NCBI GenBank assembly: GCA_902621165.1
Contig: CACNKX010000006.1
Span: 4,852-68,851 of the forward strand
Origin: an uncultured Alphaproteobacteria bacterium
GTDB taxonomy: Bacteria > Pseudomonadota > Alphaproteobacteria > HIMB59 > GCA-002718135
Reading direction: 5' to 3'
Length of the DNA stretch: 64,000 nt
The notes beneath the pieces were generated by a model. It saw nothing but the letters and a program-made list of their open reading frames with translations. It searched no databases and had not been told where the DNA came from. This document shows, piece after piece, positions 1 through 10,200 of this stretch; position 1 is the stretch's first letter, and each line of letters opens with the position of its first letter. Both the position numbers and the translations under genes were made by a program.

Positions 1-934
1 TAGAAGAATTCATTAATTGAATTTGATCAAATGATAATGTTGATACTAATTTTTGTGCACTGATTAAATTTACACTACTCTCACTACCTAGCCATACATC
101 TACTTCTTTAATAAATTGATCTTTTTCAACTAAAGTTTGTTGCGAAGTTTGATTAAAAGCCCAATTTATTAAATTAGAAGATTCATTTAATCTTGATCTA
201 GAGCTATTGGTACCATTTATAACAACTGTAATTCTTCTGTCATTCCTTAATGCTGTAGCAGCTATTCCCCAACCAGACTCTTTAGTAAACCCTGTTTTTA
301 ATCCATCAGCTCCTTGAACTTGATATAAAAGTTTATTTCTATTGGGTTGAGTAATATCATTATAAGTAAACTCTTCCATTTTGAAATATGTATAAAGATC
401 TGGAAAATCTCTAATTAATGCATTTGAAAGGACTCCAAGATCGTAAACAGTGGAATAGTGATTATCATCAGGCCAGCCAGATGAATTAATAAAGTTTGTA
501 TTTGTCATTCCTAAACGTTCTGCATAAACGTTCATAAGTTTAGCAAAATCTTCTTCAGTACCACCTAAACATTCTGCTAAAGCTATAGATGCATCATTAC
601 CAGATTGAACAATTATACCTTTTAATAAATCATCAACTGTTACATTATCATCTATCTCTAAAAATGTTCTGGAACCTCCTTTTTTATAAGCTTTAGGGGA
701 CACTCTACATTCATTAGAAATTGCAAAATTGGTATTTTTTATTCTATCAAATGCAACATAAACAGTCATAATCTTAGTCATTGATGCTGGTATAACTTTT
801 GCATTAGAATTTTTTTCAAAAAGGACTTCATTTGTATCAAAATCAATGACAACTGCTTGCTCTGCTTTTGTATCAATGGCGTAAAGTTTTAAAGAAATAA
901 TAAAAAATAAAAAAAAGCTAAAAATTTTTACCAT
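1..934 (-). CDS. D-alanyl-D-alanine carboxypeptidase (PBP5/6-type, peptidase S11), C-terminus cut by window edge
   Basis: Absent from the ORF track because it runs off the window. My translation from the ATG at 934 gives MVKIFSFFLFFIISLKLYA (signal peptide), then SxxK (ASMTK), SGN (QSGND) and KTG (LKTGFT) penicillin-binding motifs. Confidence 0.85.
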   Translation of the reverse strand, partial: MVKIFSFFLFFIISLKLYAIDTKAEQAVVIDFDTNEVLFEKNSNAKVIPASMTKIMTVYVAFDRIKNTNFAISNECRVSPKAYKKGGSRTFLEIDDNVTVDDLLKGIIVQSGNDASIALAECLGGTEEDFAKLMNVYAERLGMTNTNFINSSGWPDDNHYSTVYDLGVLSNALIRDFPDLYTYFKMEEFTYNDITQPNRNKLLYQVQGADGLKTGFTKESGWGIAATALRNDRRITVVINGTNSSRSRLNESSNLINWAFNQTSQQTLVEKDQFIKEVDVWLGSESSVNLISAQKLVSTLSFDQIQLMNSS

Positions 935-969
935 AAATATTAATAATTCTTAATTATGACCTTTATTTG

Positions 970-1905
970 TTATTCAATAAGAATTTCAGTCTCCTTATAA
1001 CCTTTTGAGATAAAGTATGAAACCAAATTATTTGCTTCTGTATTTTCTAATGGACCAATAATTACGTCATATTTGGAATTATTTTTTTCAGAAGTATATT
1101 TTAGATTATTATCATAATTATCTAATACTGATCGAATACTCTCATAGTTTTCAAACCCAGTAACTCTTAAATATAATTTAAAATCTGTTATTTTTTCTGA
1201 TTTAAGTTCAATTGGTTCTTCTGTAATTGTAGTAGCTTCATCATTAGAATCCATATTTTCATCAATTTCTTCAATAGATACAATATCTGTTGGTGCAGAC
1301 GAGATAGTTTCATCAAAATTTTCTTCATTCAATGAATTTGCAACACTCTTCCATTGTTTACTAGCATCAGAAAGTATTTCTACTTTTACAGTAGCTATTT
1401 TAGATTTATAAAATCCAAGAAGTTGTGCAACTTTTCTTGAAACCTGAATAATAACTGCATTATCATCATGTCTATCTATTATTTTTACATTTATAGAAAG
1501 TCCATTATCTAAGTTAGTTACTTTGACCATACTTGGTATAGGTAATGTTTTATGTCTACCAAGTAACTCTGTAACTTTATTTATATCATTATTTACAGTT
1601 TTAATATTGTGTAATTCCTTACCATAAAAAGAAGATAGTCCAATTTCTGAATAATTATAATTTTCCTCTGGAATGTAACTAACCCCTTCAATAAAATAAG
1701 GCTCACCAACATAATAAAAAATATTATCTTTAGTTTTTTTATTGGTTAATTGATTTTTTTCTTTTTTATCTTCTTTTGTATTATCAATTATTTCTTCTAT
1801 TTTGTTTGTGCTATTTTCTACAACATCAGAAACATTATTTAGATTTAATTCATTGCAAGAAAATATAAATAAAAGAAAAAATAAACTAATTAGATATTTT
1901 ATCAC
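970..1905 (-). CDS. rlpA: Septal ring lytic transglycosylase RlpA-like lipoprotein with C-terminal SPOR-like domain
   Basis: Lipoprotein signal (FIFSC). DPBB-like core (GLSSFYGKELHN..TV.., HKTLPIPSMVKVTNLDNGLSINVKIIDR, QVSRKVAQLLGF). C-terminal alpha/beta repeat resembles SPOR. Sits between a DD-carboxypeptidase and an mltB-like gene. Confidence 0.7.
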   Translation of the reverse strand: MIKYLISLFFLLFIFSCNELNLNNVSDVVENSTNKIEEIIDNTKEDKKEKNQLTNKKTKDNIFYYVGEPYFIEGVSYIPEENYNYSEIGLSSFYGKELHNIKTVNNDINKVTELLGRHKTLPIPSMVKVTNLDNGLSINVKIIDRHDDNAVIIQVSRKVAQLLGFYKSKIATVKVEILSDASKQWKSVANSLNEENFDETISSAPTDIVSIEEIDENMDSNDEATTITEEPIELKSEKITDFKLYLRVTGFENYESIRSVLDNYDNNLKYTSEKNNSKYDVIIGPLENTEANNLVSYFISKGYKETEILIE

Positions 1906-2923
1906 TTAGGAGACCCACTGATACAGCATAATATGATGAACAATTATAATAAAGAATATTTTTGTAATTAGGATAAACTATGAACATTCTTCCGTCTATC
2001 CCATCAGGCATTATTAATCTAGCCTCTAAATCATCTCTTATTGGTAAAGGATCTCCATTGATCTTTGTAAATCCTAATTTTGACCATTCGGAAAGAGTTT
2101 TAGGAATTGATCTACGTTTAACTGCCCCACAACCTTTGGGGTTAACTTGCTTAATAGAATCAAAGAAAGATGAAGAAGTATTTTTTGGAGGGAGTACTTC
2201 TCTTCCCCATGTGCTATCATTAGACCATGGATTTTTATCTAATGAAGTTAAATAATTTGCAGTACTAGCAAAAGCATCTGCATAACTATTCCATATATCT
2301 ATTCCATCACCATCCCAGTCGTATGCTGTTTCTAAAAAAGTTGTCGGTATCATTTGAGTCATACCAACTGCCCCACCCCAACTTCCTTTTAATTCTCCAC
2401 TAGGAACAAGATTTTTGTCTAAAATTTCAAGAGCTGCAAATAATTGTTTTTTATAAAAATCACTTCTTCTTCTATCAAATGCAAGAGTTGTTATTGCAAT
2501 TATGGAATTAATTTTTCCTTGATTTCTTCCATAATAACTTTCCATACCTAATACAGCTACTATAAACCTAGGTTGTATTTCAAAATGTTCTCCAATTTCT
2601 TTTAATAAATCCTCGTGTTTTTTTAAAAAATTTTTTCCCACAAATATTTTATCTTTTGTAATTGTATAAAATAAATACTCATCTAGAGTCATTGTTGATG
2701 ATGGTTGGCATCGATCACGCATAATAATTTTACTTTGTGGTTTAACATTATTTAATTGTTTTGAGATAGTATTTTGGCTTATGCCAATTTCTAAGGCCTC
2801 TTTTTTGATATTTGAAAGCCAACTATTCCATTCTTCATCAGTTGGCATTTTTGGTTTTTCACAATCTGCTGAGTAAAGATTAAATGATATAAATAAAAAT
2901 AATATTACAAGTCTAAAAATCAT
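1886..2923 (-). CDS. Lytic murein transglycosylase (MltB family)
   Basis: Signal peptide, and GSWGGAVGMTQMIPTTFLETAYDWDGDGIDIW, which is typical of the MltB/lytic murein transglycosylase family. Confidence 0.85.
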   Translation of the reverse strand: MIFRLVILFLFISFNLYSADCEKPKMPTDEEWNSWLSNIKKEALEIGISQNTISKQLNNVKPQSKIIMRDRCQPSSTMTLDEYLFYTITKDKIFVGKNFLKKHEDLLKEIGEHFEIQPRFIVAVLGMESYYGRNQGKINSIIAITTLAFDRRRSDFYKKQLFAALEILDKNLVPSGELKGSWGGAVGMTQMIPTTFLETAYDWDGDGIDIWNSYADAFASTANYLTSLDKNPWSNDSTWGREVLPPKNTSSSFFDSIKQVNPKGCGAVKRRSIPKTLSEWSKLGFTKINGDPLPIRDDLEARLIMPDGIDGRMFIVYPNYKNILYYNCSSYYAVSVGLLSDKISN

Positions 2924-2977
2924 TATATAAAAATACCAAAACTATCGTTAATTAGGAAATGATATATGCTTAATATT

Positions 2978-3006
2978 TTGACATTTTTATGTTGAAACTA
3001 TAGTAA
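2978..3006 (+). promoter_or_regulatory. Putative sigma70-type promoter of tRNA-Ser
   Basis: Perfect -35 TTGACA at 2978-2983. -10 candidates are TATAGT (2999-3004, 15-nt spacer) or TAGTAA (3001-3006, 17-nt spacer), 10-13 nt upstream of the tRNA 5' end. AT-rich background makes -10 calls weak. Confidence 0.35.
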
Positions 3007-3016
3007 GCACTTAAAC

Positions 3017-3106
3017 GGAGAGATGGCTGAGCGGTTGAAAGCACTGGTCTTGAAAACCAGCAAGGTGGCAACACCTTCCAGAGTTCGAATCTCTGTCTCT
3101 CCGCCA
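3017..3106 (+). tRNA. tRNA-Ser (anticodon UGA), class II with long variable arm, CCA encoded
   Basis: Acceptor stem GGAGAGA/TCTCTCC, anticodon loop CT-TGA-AA, long extra arm, T-arm GAGTTCGAATCTC, 3' GCCA. Confidence 0.95.
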
Positions 3107-3115
3107 TATAATAAT

Positions 3116-3511
3116 ATGATTAAATTTATTTTAATTTTTGCATTGTTTTTTATCTATCCTCTAAAATTAATAGCAAAAGAAAAAATTACATATTCATGTA
3201 ATGTATTAAATTTTCAAGATATAACAATTTTAGAGAATCAAAAGAGAAATAGCTCAAAAACAGACTTAGAAATAATAAATGAGAAAATTATAATGGATGG
3301 TAGTTTTGAATTAGATATAATATTTCAAAATGATTTAATAATATATGCAGAAAGAGATATGTATGTAGAGGTTGAACCTTATCAGCTTCCTTGGATGACA
3401 CTAACTTTACACGATAATAGAAACCTAATGATTTCATCTCATGATTTCGATGGAGATATCACTAAATCAAGAATTACAGTTATGTTTGGAGATTGTGCAA
3501 AAGGGAATTAA
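3116..3511 (+). CDS. Hypothetical secreted protein (131 aa)
   Basis: The track ORF 3023..3511 starts inside the tRNA. The plausible start is the ATG at 3116 (MIKFILIFALFFIYPLKLIA signal peptide). Two Cys; no recognisable domain. Confidence 0.5.
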   Translation: MIKFILIFALFFIYPLKLIAKEKITYSCNVLNFQDITILENQKRNSSKTDLEIINEKIIMDGSFELDIIFQNDLIIYAERDMYVEVEPYQLPWMTLTLHDNRNLMISSHDFDGDITKSRITVMFGDCAKGN

Positions 3512-3514
3512 GAA

Positions 3515-3694
3515 TTATAACTTCTTCAAAGCATAATAAATTGGTCCAATAGACAAAAATAAACCAATCATTATTCTTATCACTGAAACATTTCTAAATC
3601 CAAATGCTGGTATAACTACAAAAAGTTCAACTAAAATATAAAGTCCCCAAAATATTCCAAAAAGCAATAAAATTATTTTAATAAATGTTTTCAT
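3515..3694 (-). CDS. Hypothetical small membrane protein (59 aa, two predicted TM helices)
   Basis: Below the ORF-track length cutoff. My translation is MKTFIKIILLLFGIFWGLYILVELFVVIPAFGFRNVSVIRIMIGLFLSIGPIYYALKKL*. It fills an otherwise empty 225-nt gap. Confidence 0.35.
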   Translation of the reverse strand: MKTFIKIILLLFGIFWGLYILVELFVVIPAFGFRNVSVIRIMIGLFLSIGPIYYALKKL

Positions 3695-3736
3695 TCTAAT
3701 TCTTTTACAATAATTTTTTTTAAATTAGATTAATTT

Positions 3737-4063
3737 TCAAAATTTCCATAAATTATCACAATCTAGTATCCAACTACTAGCATCTGTTCCATCACCTTCT
3801 GGAAACATTTGACTCATTAAATTGCTATTAATTGTTTTATCCATTTCTTGCATACACTCATCTCTTGATTTAAAATTAGCATTTTTGTTCTCAAAATATA
3901 TTTTATAAAAGCTATTTGAGCCTGTGCATTTATCTTTTGCAAGATTATAAGAAACAAAGTAGTTACAAGCATATAGTTTATATCCTTTAGCAAAGACTGT
4001 TTTTGAAAAATTTAAGCCAAAAATTATTATAATAACTGTAATAAAGAACATGTTTAGTTTCAT
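3737..4063 (-). CDS. Hypothetical secreted Cys-containing protein (108 aa)
   Basis: Signal peptide ending VFAKG and four Cys. 4-nt overlap with the upstream 547-aa ORF suggests co-translation. Confidence 0.5.
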   Translation of the reverse strand: MKLNMFFITVIIIIFGLNFSKTVFAKGYKLYACNYFVSYNLAKDKCTGSNSFYKIYFENKNANFKSRDECMQEMDKTINSNLMSQMFPEGDGTDASSWILDCDNLWKF

Positions 4064-5703
4064 AGACTAGACATTTCCTCACTATATTCAAATGCTAGAA
4101 TTCTTTGATCTTCTTGAACCAATGAAATTTTATTTAATAATTCGTTTATGTTATTTCCAAGTATTAAAAAGTCTTCAAAAAAATTAGAATAATCAGAATA
4201 ATCACTGATAAATGGGTACTTAGAATGTAAATTCTCAGTTTGATTCAATAGCAGATTTAAAAGCTCAAGTTGTTTTGATAGATTATTATTCATTTTAGAA
4301 TAAATTTCTAATATTTTTTTATTATTTCTCAATTTATTTAAAATATTTAACATATATTCTTCATATTCAATTAAATTATTGTTTGCTGATTCAAATTCAA
4401 AATCTAAATTTTTAAATACAGAATTATTTTTTCTTGAAACAGGCAAATAAAATAACCCAATGTAATCAATTTCATAATCATAACTATCAATAATAAATTC
4501 TAAGTAGTTTATATAAATTTGATAAATTTCTGAGGTTATATTTGAAATATTAATAACCACACTATTAGAAGAAACAATATTATTTTTTTGTGACTCAACT
4601 AAATATTTAGTATTTTCTACTTCATTTAAAGTTGAGGAAAAGTATAACTTTCCAATTATATTAGTTAAATCTACTTGAGGATTTTCATTTAGATAATTTA
4701 AAATTTCATAAATAGATTCTTTTTGATTAATATTTTCATCAAGTAAAAAATTAATATGGTTTTCAACTTTTATGAGAAAATACTCATATCTTCCATCAGC
4801 GAAATTACTAAAATTTTTTCTATTAATTAAATTATAATCTTCTTTAGCTTTATTTATTTTTAATTCAAATTGATATATAGAATTTTCAATTGTTTCATTT
4901 AATTGTTTTGCATTCAAATCTTTATTTTGAAAATTTAAAATAGTACTAAGAGTCTCTTCTATTAACGAGGTATTAATTGCAGAGATATTATTTATAATAT
5001 TATAATAATTATTATTAACTAAAAGATAATCATTGATATTTTTATCAAAATTATCATCAAAAATTGTTTTTGCTCTTTCTTCACCATAAATATCTAATAA
5101 ATCTTGTATACTTATTCTTGGGGACATTTTAATATAATTTTCAAGCTCAGTAATTGAAATTTTTCTTTCAAGAAATAAATCAATTGTTGAAAATCTATTT
5201 TCTGGTAATAAAATTATTATTTGATGTTTATAAAAATTTTCTTCAGTATTTACAAAGTAATTATCTTTATTAAAATTCATTTCTTTAATTGAAACGTACA
5301 TTAAATGACCATCTATCCATATTTTTTTTAAATTTTGGTTTTCAAGTTTTTCATCTATAAATTTTATAAATCTATCTCTTGTAAAAATATTTTTGTTGTT
5401 AGTTCTAATTAATATTAAATTTGGAAATATTTTTTTATCTATTTTGTTAAAATAATCATTTTCAATCCAAATTTTATGCTGACCTTTATTTGAGCTCATG
5501 TCAGGATTAAAATAATTATTATTTGTTTTTTTAAAAATCAAAGATTGGCTAAATTCATCTAAATTTTCAAATTCTAAAGGAATATTTATTATAGTTTCTC
5601 TATCTTCAGTTTTTAAACTAAAATCGTAAGCAAAAACTATATTTGGTATTAAAAAAATAACCCAAATTAAAAATAATTTTTTCATATATAAATTTAAATT
5701 CAT
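4060..5703 (-). CDS. Hypothetical secreted protein (about 541-547 aa), N/I/K/E-rich, no recognisable domain
   Basis: Long uninterrupted ORF. The likely start is M7 at 5685 (MKKLFLIWVIFLIPNIVFA signal peptide). No motif I can assign. Confidence 0.6.
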   Translation of the reverse strand: MNLNLYMKKLFLIWVIFLIPNIVFAYDFSLKTEDRETIINIPLEFENLDEFSQSLIFKKTNNNYFNPDMSSNKGQHKIWIENDYFNKIDKKIFPNLILIRTNNKNIFTRDRFIKFIDEKLENQNLKKIWIDGHLMYVSIKEMNFNKDNYFVNTEENFYKHQIIILLPENRFSTIDLFLERKISITELENYIKMSPRISIQDLLDIYGEERAKTIFDDNFDKNINDYLLVNNNYYNIINNISAINTSLIEETLSTILNFQNKDLNAKQLNETIENSIYQFELKINKAKEDYNLINRKNFSNFADGRYEYFLIKVENHINFLLDENINQKESIYEILNYLNENPQVDLTNIIGKLYFSSTLNEVENTKYLVESQKNNIVSSNSVVINISNITSEIYQIYINYLEFIIDSYDYEIDYIGLFYLPVSRKNNSVFKNLDFEFESANNNLIEYEEYMLNILNKLRNNKKILEIYSKMNNNLSKQLELLNLLLNQTENLHSKYPFISDYSDYSNFFEDFLILGNNINELLNKISLVQEDQRILAFEYSEEMSSL

Positions 5704-5723
5704 AATGTTATATACAATTTTTA

Positions 5724-5978
5724 ATGAGCAATATACTGAAATTTCCTAATAGAAACTCTCCTGCTACCAAGGAAAAATTTGAAGAACTTTTAAAAGCAAA
5801 TGAAAAACTTTCCAAAAAAGAAGATGAATATGACGAAGCTCTATTTGATTTATTAAATAAATATAAAAAAATAAGCAAATATTTAAAAACAACTAAAAAA
5901 GATAAAAATGAGTTTTTAAAGGATATAAAAAATAATTTTAAATCTAAATTAGAAGATATTAAAAAAATATTAAATTAA
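5724..5978 (+). CDS. Hypothetical charged coiled-coil-like protein (84 aa)
   Basis: ORF only. K/E-rich with no motif. Confidence 0.35.
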   Translation: MSNILKFPNRNSPATKEKFEELLKANEKLSKKEDEYDEALFDLLNKYKKISKYLKTTKKDKNEFLKDIKNNFKSKLEDIKKILN

Positions 5979-6091
5979 TTTTTATCTTCAAGTTTATCTA
6001 CTCTTTTTTTTAAATCTTGAACTAAAAAATAAATATATACAATTGGCCCCATAATCATGACTCCAACTAAAAAGGCTAAAAATTCAAACAT
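5975..6091 (-). CDS. Hypothetical small membrane peptide (38 aa)
   Basis: My translation is MFEFLAFLVGVMIMGPIVYIYFLVQDLKKRVDKLEDKN*: one TM helix plus a charged tail. Not in the track. Speculative. Confidence 0.25.
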   Translation of the reverse strand: MFEFLAFLVGVMIMGPIVYIYFLVQDLKKRVDKLEDKN

Positions 6092-6138
6092 ATTAATATT
6101 ATAAATCAAAAAGAATTTTTCTCAATAGACACAAAAAA

Positions 6139-7233
6139 TTATTTTTTTTCAAATAACCATAATTTATCTTGAGCTAAAAAAAATATTTTACCATTATCTG
6201 GATGAATTTTAATATCTCTTATTCTTCCTATTTCTTTTTTAAAAATAATATCTTCTTTTACATTATCTAAATTTGAAAAATCTAATGAGCGTAAAGATTG
6301 ATCCTTTAAAGATGTTATAAGTGCTAATCCTTTAAATTCTGGAAATTCTTCTCCATCATATATTGTAATTGCACTAACAGCAATTGAAGGCACCCAGTAA
6401 TGAATTGCTTTAGTATAACCTGGTAACCATTTGGGGCCAATGTTGGAATTATCATAATTAGTTCCACCCCAACCTAAAATTTTCCAACCATAATTTTCAC
6501 CTTTTTTTACTTCACCAAACCAATCACCGCCTTTTGCTCCATGATTACTAATATAAATTTTATTATCCAAAGGTGAGATGGACATTCCTTGAGGATTTCT
6601 TACACCGATTTGATATATTTCTGGTAACCACGTTTCTTGTGAAATGTAATGAGGGTTATCTTTAGGTGAAGTTCCGTCTAATTTAATTCGAATGATACTT
6701 CCAGGATGTTGTTTTGCATCCTGAGCTATCATTCCTTTCCCTCTTTCGCCTACAGATGCATATAAATAATCATCATGAATAGCTATTCTTGAACCAAAGT
6801 GATAAGGAGATCTTATAGGTGGATTAGCCCTAAAAATGTTTTCAAAATCTAAGAAATTTAAATCTAAATCAGCTTTTGCAATAGATGTGGTTGAAGGGCT
6901 AAATAATTTATCACCAATCTTTTCGGAGTAGGATATAAAAATCTGATCATTATAAAAGTAAACATCTAAAAGGCCTCCTTGCGAATTTTTATCTCTAATA
7001 AAATTTAAGTTGTGATCTATTGCAATGATCTTATTATTTTGAATATCAAATAGCTTAATTTTTCCTGTTTTTTCACTTATTAAAATCTGATTATTATTTA
7101 TAAATGTGAAACTCCAAGGAGAACTTAAGTTTGATTTTAAAATTTCAAGCTTATATTTGCTGTCTAAAGACAAAGCATTTTTACCAAATAATAAACAAAT
7201 TAAAAAATTAAATATGATTATAAATTTAATCAT
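6139..7233 (-). CDS. PQQ-dependent soluble sugar (glucose/sorbosone) dehydrogenase, YliI-like beta-propeller
   Basis: Signal peptide, plus GGLLDV, HFGSRIAI..D..LY, GERG....AQD....GSIIRI..DG..P.DNP and ENYGW motifs. 1-nt stop/start overlap with mfd. Confidence 0.8.
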   Translation of the reverse strand: MIKFIIIFNFLICLLFGKNALSLDSKYKLEILKSNLSSPWSFTFINNNQILISEKTGKIKLFDIQNNKIIAIDHNLNFIRDKNSQGGLLDVYFYNDQIFISYSEKIGDKLFSPSTTSIAKADLDLNFLDFENIFRANPPIRSPYHFGSRIAIHDDYLYASVGERGKGMIAQDAKQHPGSIIRIKLDGTSPKDNPHYISQETWLPEIYQIGVRNPQGMSISPLDNKIYISNHGAKGGDWFGEVKKGENYGWKILGWGGTNYDNSNIGPKWLPGYTKAIHYWVPSIAVSAITIYDGEEFPEFKGLALITSLKDQSLRSLDFSNLDNVKEDIIFKKEIGRIRDIKIHPDNGKIFFLAQDKLWLFEKK

Positions 7234-10200
7234 TATTTAATTAAATTAATGACATTTTTAGATAATTCAAATCTGTCATCAAATAAATTACCACCAAAAT
7301 CGTAAAAAATTTTTTGATCAGGTCTTATTATTAAAGAATTATTATTTGATAATGAGAGTTCTAATAATTTTTCTGGATTTTTTGGTTGATTTTGAAAAAA
7401 ACTAATTAATATACCCTTTCTACTAAATTCAAACTTTTCAATATTATTTTTTAAACAAATGATTTTAATTTCAACTAATTTTAATAAATTAATTAATTGT
7501 TTAGGTAATTTACCAAACCTATCAATTAATTCTATTTTAATCTCTTCAATTTCTTTTTTATTATTTATATTTGAGATTCTTTTATAAATGGAAAGTCTTA
7601 GATCAACGTCGTTAATAAAATCTTCAGGTATATAAATTTCAACAGGGATTTTAATAATTGGTTGAAAACTATCTTTTTTTATAAAATCTGAATTAATTTT
7701 ACTTTTTTGTAAATTTATCTCTTCTTCAAGCATTTGATGATAAAGTTCAGTTCCAATTTCCTTTATAAAACCACTCTGTTCTTCTCCAATTATAGAACCA
7801 CCACCTCGAAGATCAAGATCTTGAGATGCTATATTAAAACCTGCGCCAAGATGATCAGAAGAGTTTATTATTGATAATCTTTTTCTACCATTATCTTTTA
7901 GCTCACTCTCTTTGTATGTAATGTATGCGTATCCACGTTTCGAAGATCGGCCTACCCTTCCTTTCAATTGATACAAAGCTGCTAAAGAAAATATATTTGA
8001 TCGGTAAACAATAATTGTATTTACATGAGGCAAATCTAAACCATTTTCAATAATATTTGTACTTAACATTAAAGGTACTTCTTGGTTATAAAATTTTGAT
8101 ATTCTACTTTCTAATAATTTAGGACTAAGCTGACCGTGAGTGATTACATATTTTATTTCTGGTAAATTATCATTTAAAAATTGTTCTATAAAAGGTAAGT
8201 CTTTTTTTCTTGGCACTACAAAGTAAACCCCATTCTTTCTCCCATATATCTCTCTCTTAATAGCTTCTGTGATAGTTAAAGAGTCAAAAGGTGAAACATA
8301 AGTTCTAACTGCCATCCTTTCAAATGGAGCTGTGAGAATTAGACTTAGATCTCTTATCCCTGACAGAGACATACTTAAAGTTCTTGGAATAGGTGTTGCA
8401 CTAAGTGAGATACAATGTGCTTTTGGAGCTATTTCTTTAAATTTTTCTTTTTGAATTGTACCTAGTTTTTGCTCTTCATCGTAAACTATTAGACCAAGCC
8501 TGTTAAATTTTAATTTATCGTTTAATAAAGCATGAGTTCCAACTAAAACATCTATTTTACCATTATTACATTTTTCAAAAATTTCTTTCTTATCTTTTAA
8601 TGATACTAATCTAGAAATTTCTGCAATATTAATTCCAAAAATAGATAACCTTTTTTTAAAATTAATAAAATGCTGCCTAGATAAAATTGTAGTTGGCACT
8701 AAAACTACAGATTGTAAATTTGATTTTGCAGCTAGAAAAATAGCTCTTAAAATTACTTCTGTTTTTCCAAATGCAACATCGCCTACAATTAGTCTATCAG
8801 ATGGTATCATCTTAGAAAAATCATTAATTACATCTTGAATTGCATTTAATTGATCATCGGTTTCAACATATGGGAAAGTGCTAACAAATTTATCGTATTC
8901 AGGAATATTTGTATTGATTTCATAAGATTGAGATTGAAGTCTCTTAGAAGCTATTGAAATAAGTTTTTTTGCAGCATCTCTAATTTTCTTTTTTGCATCT
9001 GCTTTTCTTTTTTGCCAATGAGAAGCTCCAAGTTTATCTAAAATAATATTTCCATCAGTATCATCACTGTATTTTGATACATAACTTAAATTTTCAACTG
9101 GTAAAAAAAGTTTTTGATTTTCAAAAAATTCTAATTCTAAACACTCATGAATTGAGTCATTTAATTCAATTTTTCTAATATTATTAAACTTACAAAGACC
9201 GTACTCAGAATGAACCAGAATAGAATCAATAGATAATTTATTTAATTCTTCAAAAAAAATAGTTTGTTTACGTGATTTAGATATTTGCGTATTAAAAAAA
9301 TAACCAAACAAGGATTTTTCATTAATAAAAATATATTTATTAAATTTAAATGACTCTTCAATATCCAGAATAGTTAAAAGAATTTTATCTGAAAGTGAAT
9401 GATTAAAGTTTGTTACATTATTTAAATTTAAACTTAAATTATTCTGCAATATTTTAGATACTCTTTCTAAACTTCCTTTACTACGACAACATATATATAT
9501 GAAATTTTCTTTAGAATTAGTTGTAAAAAATTGATTAATAAAACTAAAATCAATTTCTTTTTTAATTGATGATAAATTATGAATAATATTTACATCAATA
9601 TTGATATGATTATTTTTATCAAATGTATTAAAGTAAAAATGCTCATTGTTATCTAAATATTTTTGGAAAATTTCTTTATTTAAGTAAAAAAATTCAGGTG
9701 ATAAAAAAAAATTTTCTTTATTATTTTTTCTGGCTAAATAAAAATCATTTATATTTTCTAATCTATTTTCAAATATATTTTTAAATTCGTCATTTAATAG
9801 TATTTTATAGTCTTTAATATAATCAAATAAAGTTTCGAGATTATCATAGAATAAAGGCAAAAACTGTTCACCACCAGATGGAATAATATTTTCAGAAAAA
9901 AGATTATAAACTTGACTATTTCTATACTCTGGAAATATTTCCCTAAAATTTTTTCTAAATAAGTTTAGATTATTTTCATTAAGAATTAATTCATTAATAA
10001 TATTAAACTCTAAATCACTATTTATTTCTTTTAATCTTTTTTGAGTAATTGGATCAAATTCAAAAATCGTCTCTATTTCTTCATCAAAAAAATCTATTCT
10101 TATTGGCTTAGATCTATCATTTGGAAAAATATCCAGAATTGATCCTCTTACAGAAAATTCTGATTTATCACGCACTAAAGAAGTTCTTTGGAAGCCTAAG

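Noticed and set aside
3023-3115. N-terminal 31 codons of the track ORF 3023..3511 (MAERLKALVLKTSKVATPSRVRISVSPPYNN).
   Set aside because: This stretch is simply the translation of tRNA-Ser (3017-3106). The real protein, if any, starts at the ATG at 3116.
3107-6138. Direct repeat of the tRNA-Ser 3' end (att site), integrase or other mobility genes bounding the orphan islet.
   Set aside because: I found no copy of the tRNA 3' segment (…GAATCTCTGTCTCTCC) downstream, and no integrase or transposase ORF. The mobile-element call is not supported, and only the weaker variable-islet hypothesis is kept.
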